DNA from: an uncultured Anaerolineaceae bacterium
GTDB taxonomy: Bacteria; Chloroflexota; Limnocylindria; Limnocylindrales; CSP1-4
NCBI GenBank assembly: GCA_964629105.1
Contig: CAZVPS010000002.1
Location: 1-38,881 of the forward strand
DNA: 38,881 bases
Direction of reading: 5' to 3'
Part shown: positions 17,800 through 26,473 of the stretch, piece after piece
How positions within the stretch are numbered: position 1 is the first letter of the stretch
How the letters are laid out: each line of letters starts with the position of its first letter
Notes under the pieces: model-generated
The model's input: the letters and a program-made list of their open reading frames with translations, nothing else
The model's database searches: none
Told to the model about the DNA's origin: nothing
Program-made: the position numbers and the translations under genes

Positions 17800-20637
17800 A
17801 TGAGCGCTGCGAGCCCAGTCGAGCGGCGTGCTCGTCTGGGCGTCCTCCCGACGGCTCCGGCGTTGCTCGCCGCGCTCGCGTCGGCCTCGCCTGCCGGTGT
17901 TCGCGCTCGTGCCATCGACCGGCTCGCGTACGCACACGATGCCTCGCACATCATCCTGACGCCGCAGGCCGTGGTGGTGGCCCGGGACGCGGCCGAGGTG
18001 GGGGCCCTGTTCCGGGTCGCCGCCGAGCACCGCGTGCCGCTCACGTTCCGCTCCGGCGGTACCAGTCTCAGCGGACAGGCTGGGACCTCGGACGTGCTGG
18101 TCGACACGCGCCGCGGCTTCCGCGATGTGGAGGTCTTGGACGCCGGACTGCGCGTCAGCGTCCAGCCGGGTGTGACGCTCCGGCAGGTCAATGCCCGCCT
18201 CGCCCCGTACGGACGTCGCCTCGGACCGGACCCGGCGAGCGACATCGCGTGCACGGTCGGCGGGGTCATCGCAAACAACTCGAGTGGCATGACGTGCGGC
18301 ACCGAGCGCAACTCGTACCGCACCCTCGACTCGCTGGAGGTCGTCCTCCCCTCGGGCACAATCGTCGACACTGCCGCCCCCAACGCGGACGACCGGCTCC
18401 GCGTGCTTGAGCCCGACATCCACGCAGGACTCGCTGCGCTCCGAGACCGGGTCCGTGGTGACGAGGTCGCCGCCGGGCGCATTCGCCGCCAGTTCGCGAT
18501 GAAGAACACGATGGGCTACGGAATCAACTCCCTGCTCGACTTCGACTCGCCAGTCGAGATCCTCGCCCACCTCCTCGTCGGCAGCGAAGGCACGCTCGGG
18601 TTCATCTCACGGGCGGTCTTCCGGACGGTGCCGCTGCCGCAGTTTGCGACGACGGGGCTCCTCGTCTTCCCGAGTCTCGCGGACGCCGTGACCACCCTGG
18701 CGCCCCTGATCGAATGCGGGGCGGCGGCAGTCGAGCTGATGGACGCGGCCTCTCTTCGGGTCGCTCAGCTCGACCCCTCAGTCGACCCTGCCCTCCGTCG
18801 CGTCACGATCGGGGACCATTGTGCGCTGCTCGTCGAGTGGGAGGAGCTTGACTCAGAGTCGCTGGGGGCTCGCACTGTCAGTGCCCGACACATCCTCGCC
18901 GACCTCAACCTCGCGCTACCAGCCGAGCTCACCGCGGAGCCTTCCACGAGGGCGACCCTGTGGCGCATCCGCAAGGGGCTGTACGCGTCCGTGGCCGGGG
19001 CTCGCCGGTCGGGCACGACCGCTCTGCTTGAGGACATCGCCGTACCCGTGCCGGCAATGGTCGAGACCTGTCGCGAGCTGACCGGGCTCTTCGACCGCCA
19101 TGGCTACGACGACGCCGTCATCTTCGGCCACGCCCGCGACGGGAACCTCCACTTCATGCTCACCGAACGGTTCGCGGCCGACGAGGAGCCTGCCAGGTAT
19201 GCGGCGTTCACAGAGGACCTCGTGGAGCTCGTGCTCGGCAAGGGCGGTACGCTGAAGGCGGAGCACGGCACCGGTCGCGCCATGGCGGCATTCGTGCACC
19301 GCCAATACGGCGATGAGCTCTACGCGGTCATGCGCCAGATCAAGCGGTTGTGCGACCCGGACGGGATCCTCAATCCGGGCGTCCTGATCACCGACGATGC
19401 CGATGCGCACCTCCGGAACCTCAAGACCTCGTCGCGGATCGAGCCCGAGATCGATCGATGCGTCGAGTGCGGTTACTGCGAGCCCGTCTGCCCAAGCCGC
19501 GATGTCACGATGACGCCCCGCCAGCGGATCGCCGTGCGACGCGAGCAGGCGAACGCGAAGGCGAACGGAGACGAGGTGCTTGCCCGGGAGCTGACCCGGG
19601 ACAGCGCGTACCCGATCATCGAGACCTGCGCCGTGGACGGGATGTGCGCGACGGTGTGTCCTCTCGGCATCGATACGGGCGATCACGTGAGGAGGCTGCG
19701 CATCCTCCGGCACGGGGCCGTGACGCGAGCCGCCTGGCGGGTCGCCGCGTCCCGGTGGGACCTCTCGACCCGGGGCGTGGGCTTCGCGCTCGATGCCGCC
19801 TCGACGGTGCCGGCGGTGATCCCGACAGGGGTCACCCGCGTGCTGCGTGCATTGAACGGCCGGGACACGGTCCCCGCGTGGACCCCCGACCTCCCTCGAG
19901 GAGGCCGACCACGGCGCTCCGTCCCGGCACGCGTCGCCGCTGCAATCTACCTGCCCTCGTGCACGGCCTCGATGTTCGCCCCGGCGACCGGGACCGGGGG
20001 GGTCAGCAAGTCGGTGATGAGGCTGGCCGCACGCGCTGGGGTCCAACTGCTCGTTCCGGACACGATCGGCAGGCTGTGCTGTGGGACACCCTGGTCGTCC
20101 AAGGGACTGCCCGACGGCGCTGACATGATGGGAAGCCGCGTCGCCGAGGCGGTGGAAGCCGCTCGAGCCGGCGGGGATGTCCCGATCGTGTCGGATGCCG
20201 TCTCCTGCACCGAGGGGTACCAGCGTCTCGTGGGGCGGCGAGGCAGCGATGCGCGCGTCGTGGACGTAGTGAGCTTCGTCGCCGACCTCCTTCTCCCCCG
20301 CCTCCGCGTGGAACGACAGTTCGGCGCCCTTGCGCTCCACCCGACCTGCTCGTCGACCCGACTCGGGGTCAACGTGGCTCTGATGACCATTGCCCGCGCG
20401 GTCGCCGAACGGGTCGTGGTCCCCGACGGGTGGGGCTGCTGCGGGATGGCGGGGGACCGCGGGATGCTGCATCCAGAACTGACCGCGGCGGCCACCCGGG
20501 ATGAGGCGCGGTCGGTGGCCGCAGGCGACTTCGACGCTTGGGCCTCGCTCAACCGGCCGTGCGAGATCGCGATGACGCGAGCCACCGGCCGGCCCTACCG
20601 TCACATCCTTGAGTTGCTTGACGAGGCGACCGCCTGA
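17800..20637 (+). CDS. FAD-binding and (Fe-S)/CCG-domain oxidoreductase, D-lactate/D-2-hydroxyacid dehydrogenase type (YdiJ/Dld-II-like)
   Basis: The ATG at 17800 is in frame within ORF 17650..20637. The N-terminal FAD-PCMH domain shows TFRSGGTSLSGQA. Ferredoxin-type clusters are CVECGYCEPVCP and C..DGMCATVCP. The C-terminal Cys-rich CCG-like repeats are CCGTPW and CCGMAGDRG. Confidence 0.85.
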   Translation: MSAASPVERRARLGVLPTAPALLAALASASPAGVRARAIDRLAYAHDASHIILTPQAVVVARDAAEVGALFRVAAEHRVPLTFRSGGTSLSGQAGTSDVLVDTRRGFRDVEVLDAGLRVSVQPGVTLRQVNARLAPYGRRLGPDPASDIACTVGGVIANNSSGMTCGTERNSYRTLDSLEVVLPSGTIVDTAAPNADDRLRVLEPDIHAGLAALRDRVRGDEVAAGRIRRQFAMKNTMGYGINSLLDFDSPVEILAHLLVGSEGTLGFISRAVFRTVPLPQFATTGLLVFPSLADAVTTLAPLIECGAAAVELMDAASLRVAQLDPSVDPALRRVTIGDHCALLVEWEELDSESLGARTVSARHILADLNLALPAELTAEPSTRATLWRIRKGLYASVAGARRSGTTALLEDIAVPVPAMVETCRELTGLFDRHGYDDAVIFGHARDGNLHFMLTERFAADEEPARYAAFTEDLVELVLGKGGTLKAEHGTGRAMAAFVHRQYGDELYAVMRQIKRLCDPDGILNPGVLITDDADAHLRNLKTSSRIEPEIDRCVECGYCEPVCPSRDVTMTPRQRIAVRREQANAKANGDEVLARELTRDSAYPIIETCAVDGMCATVCPLGIDTGDHVRRLRILRHGAVTRAAWRVAASRWDLSTRGVGFALDAASTVPAVIPTGVTRVLRALNGRDTVPAWTPDLPRGGRPRRSVPARVAAAIYLPSCTASMFAPATGTGGVSKSVMRLAARAGVQLLVPDTIGRLCCGTPWSSKGLPDGADMMGSRVAEAVEAARAGGDVPIVSDAVSCTEGYQRLVGRRGSDARVVDVVSFVADLLLPRLRVERQFGALALHPTCSSTRLGVNVALMTIARAVAERVVVPDGWGCCGMAGDRGMLHPELTAAATRDEARSVAAGDFDAWASLNRPCEIAMTRATGRPYRHILELLDEATA

Positions 20638-20886
20638 CGCATCCCCTCTCGTGGAGTTCGCAAGCTCGAGCCACGAAGGCCAGGATCGGCGGGCGACCGG
20701 TGGTCGTTCCCGAGCGGTGCCACCTGCCACCGGAAGGGTACAACCGCCCTAGACAGGTGCGGTTGACAGGAGTTCGCCTCTTCCTAGTTGACGGGAGGCT
20801 CTGACACGCGGTCCACACCCCGGCCGCCGGGACCGCGCCAAGCCACTGGCGAGACCGACCCGCGACGCGCCCCGGAGGCATCCGAG

Positions 20887-21525
20887 ATGTTCGTGTACCG
20901 CGCGGCCGGCCGCCTGGTCGCGGTTCTTGCCAGCGTGACGCTGCTGGCCGCCTGCGCGAGCGGCGCCGCCACCCAGGTCCCGGCGGCGACGGCAGCTCCG
21001 ACGGCCACGCCACCCCCCGCCGCGTCCCCTACCCCGACGCCCGCGCCTACTCCATCACCATCCCCGGAACCGACGCCGACGCCGTCTCCAAGGTCGTGGG
21101 GGGACACCGTCTTCGTGACGGGAACCCAGCGATGTGCCGCGAGTGCGGGGGAGGTGACCACCGACGCGAGCGGCGAGACCCACCAGCGGGATGGGTCCCT
21201 CTGGTGCATGAACGAGGTCAACGATCCGCGCGTCAGCGGGAAGATCACGGGCACGTTCACGTTCGATGGCTGGGGCGCCGGGAGGAACCAGGCCTTCGTC
21301 CAGTGGGGAACGGTCCGGCTCGAGAACGACGGCGGTGCGTGGGTGGGCCACTACTCGGGCGCGTTCACCCCCGATACGGGTGACCTGGTCACGTTCTGGT
21401 TGGAGGGGACCGGAGGGTACGCCGGCCTCTCCTACTTCGAGTGGGCCGTCATGCCCATCTCGCTGGGACCCGTCGGGTTCCCGGTGGTGGGCCTCATCTT
21501 CCCCGGCTCGCCTCCCGAGCCGTAG
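20887..21525 (+). CDS. lipoprotein of unknown function with a Pro/Thr-rich linker
   Basis: The ATG at 20887 gives MFVYRAAGRLVAVLASVTLLAACASG (lipobox LLAAC). A PTPTPAPTPSPSPEPTPTPSP linker follows, then a beta-rich domain. No family recognised. Confidence 0.7.
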   Translation: MFVYRAAGRLVAVLASVTLLAACASGAATQVPAATAAPTATPPPAASPTPTPAPTPSPSPEPTPTPSPRSWGDTVFVTGTQRCAASAGEVTTDASGETHQRDGSLWCMNEVNDPRVSGKITGTFTFDGWGAGRNQAFVQWGTVRLENDGGAWVGHYSGAFTPDTGDLVTFWLEGTGGYAGLSYFEWAVMPISLGPVGFPVVGLIFPGSPPEP

Positions 21526-21535
21526 ACGAACGTCC

Positions 21536-21637
21536 CGGCCCCCGGCTCCGCACCGGGCGCTCCGCTCTTTTCGGAGGATGGGACGCGCACCGGGCGACCG
21601 AGGGCGTGCGAGTTCCGAGACCACGCCAGACGCCTCG
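21536..21637. repeat. copy A of a roughly 100-nt GC-rich structured element (shortest member of a nested direct-repeat series)
   Basis: A hand alignment to 23230..23332 gives about 80% identity, e.g. CGGCCCCCGGCT(C/T)CGCACCG..CGCTCCGCT...GGATGGG.ACGC..ACCGGGCGA.CG.GGGC.GTG...AGACGCCTCG. It starts 11 nt after the lipoprotein stop. Confidence 0.6.
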
Positions 21638-21683
21638 ATGAGTACGCTGGAAGCGAGAGGCAACATCGCCCGGGAGGCTCCCG

Positions 21684-21815
21684 ATGCCCGTCCCCTACAC
21701 TTTCGGCGTCCTCCACTCGCGCGTCTACGGGCAGTGGGCCCTCGCGCAGGGTACGCAACTCGAGACGCGCCCCCGATACCTGCTCGGGCCGAACCTGGAG
21801 CGGGAGCCGGCATGA
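21684..21815 (+). pseudogene. internal fragment of a second MmeI-family gene (43-codon ORF)
   Basis: MPVPYTFGVLHSRVYGQWALAQGTQLETRPRYLLGPNLEREPA matches YSFGLLQSRIHCAWALALGTQLETRPRYTLS of the intact enzyme at 2442..5189. Similarity ends after RPRY. The stop overlaps the next ATG (ATGA). Confidence 0.55.
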
Positions 21816-23062
21816 CCGGCGACGACGACCGGATGGTCGACGCTGTCCTGGGGTTACTGGGCTTCTGCGACCCCCCGCCGACGGAGGGGCAGCTCACCAG
21901 CGAGACGCGAAACCGACTCCTGAAGACCACCGCGTGGGATTTGGCCGCGGACGCTCTCGAAGCCGATCCGATTCTTGGGCCAATCCTGAACAAATGGGTT
22001 GGCACGAGCTTCTGGGACGAACATCTCGTCCTCGAGGCGGAGGTGCTCTACGACCTCGTAGTCGCCGCCGCACGCGCGAGCGACCCAGGCAGCGGGGTCC
22101 GACAGGCACTCGGGTTGCTGCGTGATCAGTACCCCACGCGCGTGCCCGTCGTGTCCCTCGCGCCAATCACCGGGATCGTCGTCAGAACGCCAATCCTCCT
22201 CGACGAGAATGTCGAACTGAGGCAACTCTCAGACAAGGAGGTCGGCGACCTGTTCCTGGCCGGCAGATACGCATCCTTGCCGCTGGGAGTGGGGCTCGAC
22301 ATCGTGTATTGCGGCCTAGTTGTCACCACTCACGCAACCCGCGTTGTTACTGATCCGGGCAAGCTAGAGCCGCGGCGTTCGATCGACTCGCGTGATCGCA
22401 AGCCACGATTACCCGCGACCCCCGGCGAAACCGTCCTAGCCGCCCTGCGACTTCACGCTGATAACCCACATGCGATCTCACTCACCGGATCGATGACATT
22501 CGGCCCGGGGCAGAGCCGCAGCATCTCGCTTATCGGTTTGTCGAGGCCTGGTTACGTTACTCCGCTCCTGATCTCGTCCGAGGTCGCCGATCGCGTGCGC
22601 TCGGACTACCCGCGGATCGCCAAGATCCTCGTGAGGTCCTCGAACCCCGTATCCGTGGCCTTACGCCGATACACGACCTCATACGATCGCCGCGAGAGCG
22701 AGGATCGGGTCATCGACTTAACAATCGCTCTCGAGGCTTTGTTCGCCGACGGAGCCACCGAACTCACCTACCGTCTGTCGGTGAACGGGGCCAACTACGT
22801 CGACGTTCCCGGCCGATCACGTGCCGAGATCCGCGACTGGCTCAAGGCCGCATACACGGCCCGCAGCAAGGTCGTCCACGGGAAGAGCTCAACCACGGCA
22901 CTGGCCACGAGACTGCTACGCGACGACAAGAGTGGAGTCGACGGCCTCGCGGACGATCTGGCGTACTTCGTCCGCCTCGCCCTGACTACCGTGCTACGTC
23001 AGGGGGGCGACAATCCGCCCAACCCAATCGCCGACTTCGGAGCGATGGTGCTTCGCCCGTAG
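21812..23062 (+). CDS. hypothetical protein with a C-terminal HEPN-like domain (R-x4-H)
   Basis: The ATG at 21812 is in frame within ORF 21266..23062, giving 416 aa. The C-terminus reads ...VIDLTIALEALFADGATELTYRLSVNGANYV...RAEIRDWLKAAYTARSKVVHGK, with R-SKVV-H at 22862..22879. This pattern is typical of Apea/MAE-type HEPN domains. The N-terminal roughly 290 aa are unrecognised. GC is locally lower than the surroundings. Confidence 0.65.
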   Translation: MTGDDDRMVDAVLGLLGFCDPPPTEGQLTSETRNRLLKTTAWDLAADALEADPILGPILNKWVGTSFWDEHLVLEAEVLYDLVVAAARASDPGSGVRQALGLLRDQYPTRVPVVSLAPITGIVVRTPILLDENVELRQLSDKEVGDLFLAGRYASLPLGVGLDIVYCGLVVTTHATRVVTDPGKLEPRRSIDSRDRKPRLPATPGETVLAALRLHADNPHAISLTGSMTFGPGQSRSISLIGLSRPGYVTPLLISSEVADRVRSDYPRIAKILVRSSNPVSVALRRYTTSYDRRESEDRVIDLTIALEALFADGATELTYRLSVNGANYVDVPGRSRAEIRDWLKAAYTARSKVVHGKSSTTALATRLLRDDKSGVDGLADDLAYFVRLALTTVLRQGGDNPPNPIADFGAMVLRP

Positions 23063-23229
23063 AGCACGTCGCGTTCGCCGAGGAACCTCTGCACCCCGCG
23101 ACTCCTCGCGCTGGCGTCACGGCCCGCCCGCCTCACAGATGGTTCCCTTCCCCCATTGCCCGACGTGGCCGGCCGTGAGCGTCACGAATGGCCGGTGATA
23201 GGTCAGCAAGATCGTCAACCACTTCACCA

Positions 23230-23632
23230 CGGCCCCCGGCTTCGCACCGCCCGCTCCGCTCCGGCGGGATGGGGACGCACCGGGCGAACGGGGGCCGTGG
23301 CGTTCGATCAGGAGTCTGGGAGAGACGCCTCGCCGAACTCGCGGCCAGCGTCACTGAAGTCGGGTGGCTCTGGCGAGGCGACTGCCGAGCCTCCCTCCGC
23401 CTGGCCGGGTAGCCTCGGCGCCGAGGGATTCCACGGCCTGAGGCCCTGGACGATGGTTCGATAGAAGTCGAGCGACTGCCGCTTGCTCTCGCCCACGAAT
23501 GAGCCGGCGATCCTGCCGCGCTTCGCCCCCATCTCGTAGGCCAGAGACAGTCGGAAGGCGCGGGGCTCGCGATGCGCATCCGTCGCGAACAGCAGACGCT
23601 CGGGTCTCTCGCGAACCTCCTTGAGTGTCGCG
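23230..23632 (-). repeat. copy B: truncated duplicate of the last ~108 codons of the 29854..31233 gene plus its ~80-nt downstream structured element
   Basis: ORF 23308..23532 and its open frame upstream read ATLKEVRERPERLLFATDAHREPRAFRLSLAYEMGAKRGRIAGSFVGESKRQSLDFYRTIVQGLRPWNPSAPRLPGQAEGGSAVASPEPPDFSDAGREFGEASLPDS. That is about 87% identical to the C-terminus of the 459-aa protein. 23228..23299 folds as a 16-bp interrupted hairpin (CACGGCCCCCGgcTTCGC ... GCGAACGGGGGCCGTG). Confidence 0.75.
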
Positions 23633-23958
23633 GACGAGCCTTCCTGCGCGCACGATTCCCTCGGCCCACCTCGGAGTTGGGGAGCCGATGGGGGTCTTTG
23701 ACGCCCGAGACGGAGCGAGCCGTGCGTGACCGCTTCCGGGCCGATCGATGATGGAAACCGCCGCCGCGGGCGTCTATCTCCGCATGGTCGAAGCCGCGGG
23801 CGCCGCGGGTGATATCGGTCCAGTCAAGACAGCCGGTGGGGCTCTCGGCGGGTTCAGCGCCCGGCCCGCTGTGATGACGGCGGCGACCCCTGCCGCCCAC
23901 CGTCGTCGGAGAGCAAGGATTCGGGTCGTTCGCGTGTTGTAGGGACGAAGGAGGGTGC

Positions 23959-24438
23959 ATGGACCTCGCCCGAAGCGTCCCACTGGAGATCGACCTCGAA
24001 GCGGAGCTCGTCGCCGCCTACCCGCTCTTGGCGCGCCGCCTGACGATCGTCCTGCGGGACGCCGACGAGGCCCAGGACGTGGCGCAGTCGGCCTTCGCTC
24101 GCGCGCTCGAGCGCCGCCACCAGTTCCACGGCGGCGACGCGCGCGCCTGGCTCTACACCATCGGGATCCGCCTCGCGCTCAATGAGTTGCGCCGGCGGAA
24201 GCGCTTGGTCGTCCTACCCGACGAGGGGGAGCCCGCGTGGGCGATGGCCTCCGAGCCCGACCTCTGGGCCGCGCTCGCGCAGCTCGACCCGCAGCATCGC
24301 GCGGCGCTCGTCCTCCACATCCTCGACGGCTACACCCACGCGGAGATCGCGGAGATGCTCGACGTGCGCACCGGCACGGTGTCGAGCTGGATCTCCCGCG
24401 GCAAGGAGCGCCTGCGCGGCCTCCTGGGAGACGACTGA
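23959..24438 (+). CDS. ECF-type RNA polymerase sigma-70 family factor
   Basis: The SD GAAGGAGGG precedes the ATG. The region 2 helix is EAQDVAQSAFARALERRHQF. The region 4 HTH is GYTHAEIAEMLDVRTGTVSSWISRGKERL. Confidence 0.85.
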   Translation: MDLARSVPLEIDLEAELVAAYPLLARRLTIVLRDADEAQDVAQSAFARALERRHQFHGGDARAWLYTIGIRLALNELRRRKRLVVLPDEGEPAWAMASEPDLWAALAQLDPQHRAALVLHILDGYTHAEIAEMLDVRTGTVSSWISRGKERLRGLLGDD

Positions 24439-25136
24439 TGACTGACTTCGACGCCCGCCTTCGTGACCGGTTCCAGCGGCTCGATGCCGCGATCCCCGAG
24501 CCCGCCGTTCCAGTGGCGTCACAGACGCGACGAGGTCCGAACCGACGCCGGCAGGGGATCATCCTTGTCGCCGCCGCCGCGGCCCTCCTCGCGGCCGCAT
24601 CGCTCGCGGTGGCAAACCAGCCGCCCCCCGACCCGGCCGTGGTGGCGCGGAATGCCGCCGATGAGGAGCGTGTCCTTGAAGACCTCGGGTCACGGACCGA
24701 TAACGCGTGCCTCTCGCGCGAGCAGGCGACGACGATGGGCCGGGAGCGGCTCGACGCGCTCGGGCTCTCGAACTGGACGATTCGTGTCGACGACCGGATC
24801 AAGGAGGCGCGTTGCGTCACGTTTGGGGTGAGCGGGGACATCCAGGAGGTCCTGCTCGTCGCCTCGATGGGCGGCGACGTCGCGAAGGCGCTCGACCAGA
24901 TCGCTGCGGAGCTCCTGGCGACGTGCGTGGCCCGCGACGACGCTGTCAGCCTGGTGCGCTCGATGCTTACGAGCCTCGGAGTGACCGATCCGAAGATCGA
25001 GGTGACCGGAATACGCCAGATCCCGATCGAGAACGGCGACGCCTACGTCGCGCACGTCAAGGGCGGCTGCTACGTCTACGGCGGCGCCCAGTTCGACGAC
25101 GTGGGCCGCTACACCTGGTTCGTCAGCGGCCCGTAG
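24438..25136 (+). CDS. single-pass membrane protein co-translated with the ECF sigma (putative anti-sigma factor)
   Basis: The ATG at 24438 overlaps the sigma stop (TGATG). There is one TM helix (IILVAAAAALLAAASLAV) after a short cytoplasmic segment. No HxxxCxxC zinc motif is visible, so the anti-sigma role is positional inference. Confidence 0.5.
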   Translation: MTDFDARLRDRFQRLDAAIPEPAVPVASQTRRGPNRRRQGIILVAAAAALLAAASLAVANQPPPDPAVVARNAADEERVLEDLGSRTDNACLSREQATTMGRERLDALGLSNWTIRVDDRIKEARCVTFGVSGDIQEVLLVASMGGDVAKALDQIAAELLATCVARDDAVSLVRSMLTSLGVTDPKIEVTGIRQIPIENGDAYVAHVKGGCYVYGGAQFDDVGRYTWFVSGP

Positions 25137-25971
25137 GCCGCCTCGCGACAGCGATCACCTCCCACGCGCAGGGCTCTCTGCCATCAACGCCGAGAGCCCG
25201 TGTGGCGTCGTCGTCGTCGGGCTGGCCATCTGGGGCCTCGCGCATCATGTACGGCTTCGCGGCGCCCGCGACGACGCCCCAGCCGCGCACGCGCTTCCGC
25301 GGGCCGTTGTACACGCCGTCGCGCCACGTCTGGTCGAGCTGGACGCCGTAGGGCGGGTCCGTCGCGAGGAGCGTCGGCGCGGCCCCGCCCAGCAACCGCT
25401 CCACGTCCTCTGACTTCGTGGCATCGCCGCACAGGAGGCGGTGATCGCCAAGGACGTAGAACTCGCCCGGCTGGACGTAGGGCTCCGCAGGCGGCTCGGG
25501 CACCTCGTCGGGATCGGTCAGACCAGCCTTCGCCTCGTTGCCGGCCAGGTCGCCGAGGAGGGCGAGCAGCCCAGCATCATCGACGGTGATCTCGGCGAGC
25601 AGGGTCCGTAGCTTCTCGTCGTCCTGCCCCGCCATTGCGCCGATCGGGTCAAGGGTCGCGAGGACGAGCGCCTCCTCCTCGGGCTCGAGGTCAACGTAGA
25701 GGACCGGCACGATCGTCTCGCCGCGGCTGAGCGCGAGCGCCACGCGGGCGTGGCCATCGACGACGAAGCCGGAGCGTCGGTTGACGAGGACCTGCTGGAC
25801 CCAGCCGACCTGGTCGAGCGCCCCGGCGAGGGCGTCCTGCTGCGCCTTCGGATGGATCCGCCAGTTCGCCGGGTTGGCGAGGAGCTGGTCAGGCGCCTCC
25901 TCGCCGGCGTTGGTGATTCGATTGCGCCAGCCCGCGGTCGGGGTCGCCGCGACGGGCGTCTTCGTCGTCAT
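25123..25971 (-). pseudogene. 3'-truncated ParB-like nuclease domain / DNA methyltransferase fusion (prophage type)
   Basis: The ATG at 25971 is preceded by the SD GGGAG. The product is about 55% identical by eye to the N-terminal 60% of the 37342..38715 product (WRNRIT..., NPANWRIHP, VNRRSG.VVDGH, LLCGDAT, DPPYGV). It lacks the C-terminal SAM-binding part (no DPF.GSGTT). Its tail runs antisense into the end of the anti-sigma gene. Confidence 0.7.
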
Positions 25972-26072
25972 CGGGCGACTCCCGATCGTCGACCTTGCAT
26001 CGTCGCGCCAACCGAGTGATGGATGGGCTGCCGAACGCCAGATCGGCGTCGGCAAGCGAAAGGACGACGGAC

Positions 26073-26387
26073 GTGGCGGACCTGCGGAAGTGCATCGGAT
26101 CGGCGAAGTTCGGGATCGAGGCGCACGAAGCCCCCGTCGGCGAGTTCCCGGCCCAGCCCAGCCAGAAGGACGGTCTGGGTCGGATGTGCAAAGCCCACTG
26201 GAACCAGTACACGAGCGCGCTGCGGAAGGCCGCGCTCGCCCGCAAGGCCGCCGAGGGTGGGGCGGCCACCGAGGCAGTGCCGATCGAGCCGGAGCCCGAT
26301 GCGAAGCCCGAGCCGATCCGAACGCGGGCCCCGCGCAGGCGTCAGCAGGCCCTTCCGGAGGCCGGTTCCCAGGGCGACGCCGGATAG
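26073..26387 (+). CDS. small hypothetical protein, phage-like
   Basis: The GTG at 26073 is preceded by the SD AAAGGA 8 nt upstream. An alternative ATG lies at 26019. VADLRKCIGSAKFGIEAHEAPVGEFPAQPSQKDGLGRMCKAHWNQYTSALRKAALARKAAEG... is protein-like. It is divergent from the truncated ParB-methyltransferase. Confidence 0.45.
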   Translation: MADLRKCIGSAKFGIEAHEAPVGEFPAQPSQKDGLGRMCKAHWNQYTSALRKAALARKAAEGGAATEAVPIEPEPDAKPEPIRTRAPRRRQQALPEAGSQGDAG

Positions 26388-26473
26388 ACCGACCGCAGCC
26401 AACCGACTCTCGGGCCCCGGGCGCGAACCCAGGGCCCTTTCTCGTTGGGTGGCGCTAGTGGCCAGGCGATCTC

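Noticed and set aside
20990-21095. Short periodic repeats (also 985..1075 and 31570..31625) that might suggest a repeat array or CRISPR
   Set aside because: They are in-frame Pro/Thr/Ala/Glu-rich linkers inside coding regions (PTPTPAPTPSPSPEP, EPEPEPEP, PPPTPAPPPTPAP). There is no repeat-spacer organisation.
23290-23312. GGCGTTCGATCA inside repeat copies B and C looked like a tRNA T-arm (a possible tRNA-3'-end att site)
   Set aside because: I could not fold a cloverleaf, acceptor stem or anticodon arm around it. The segment lies immediately after a protein-gene stop codon. I found no tRNA gene anywhere in the window.
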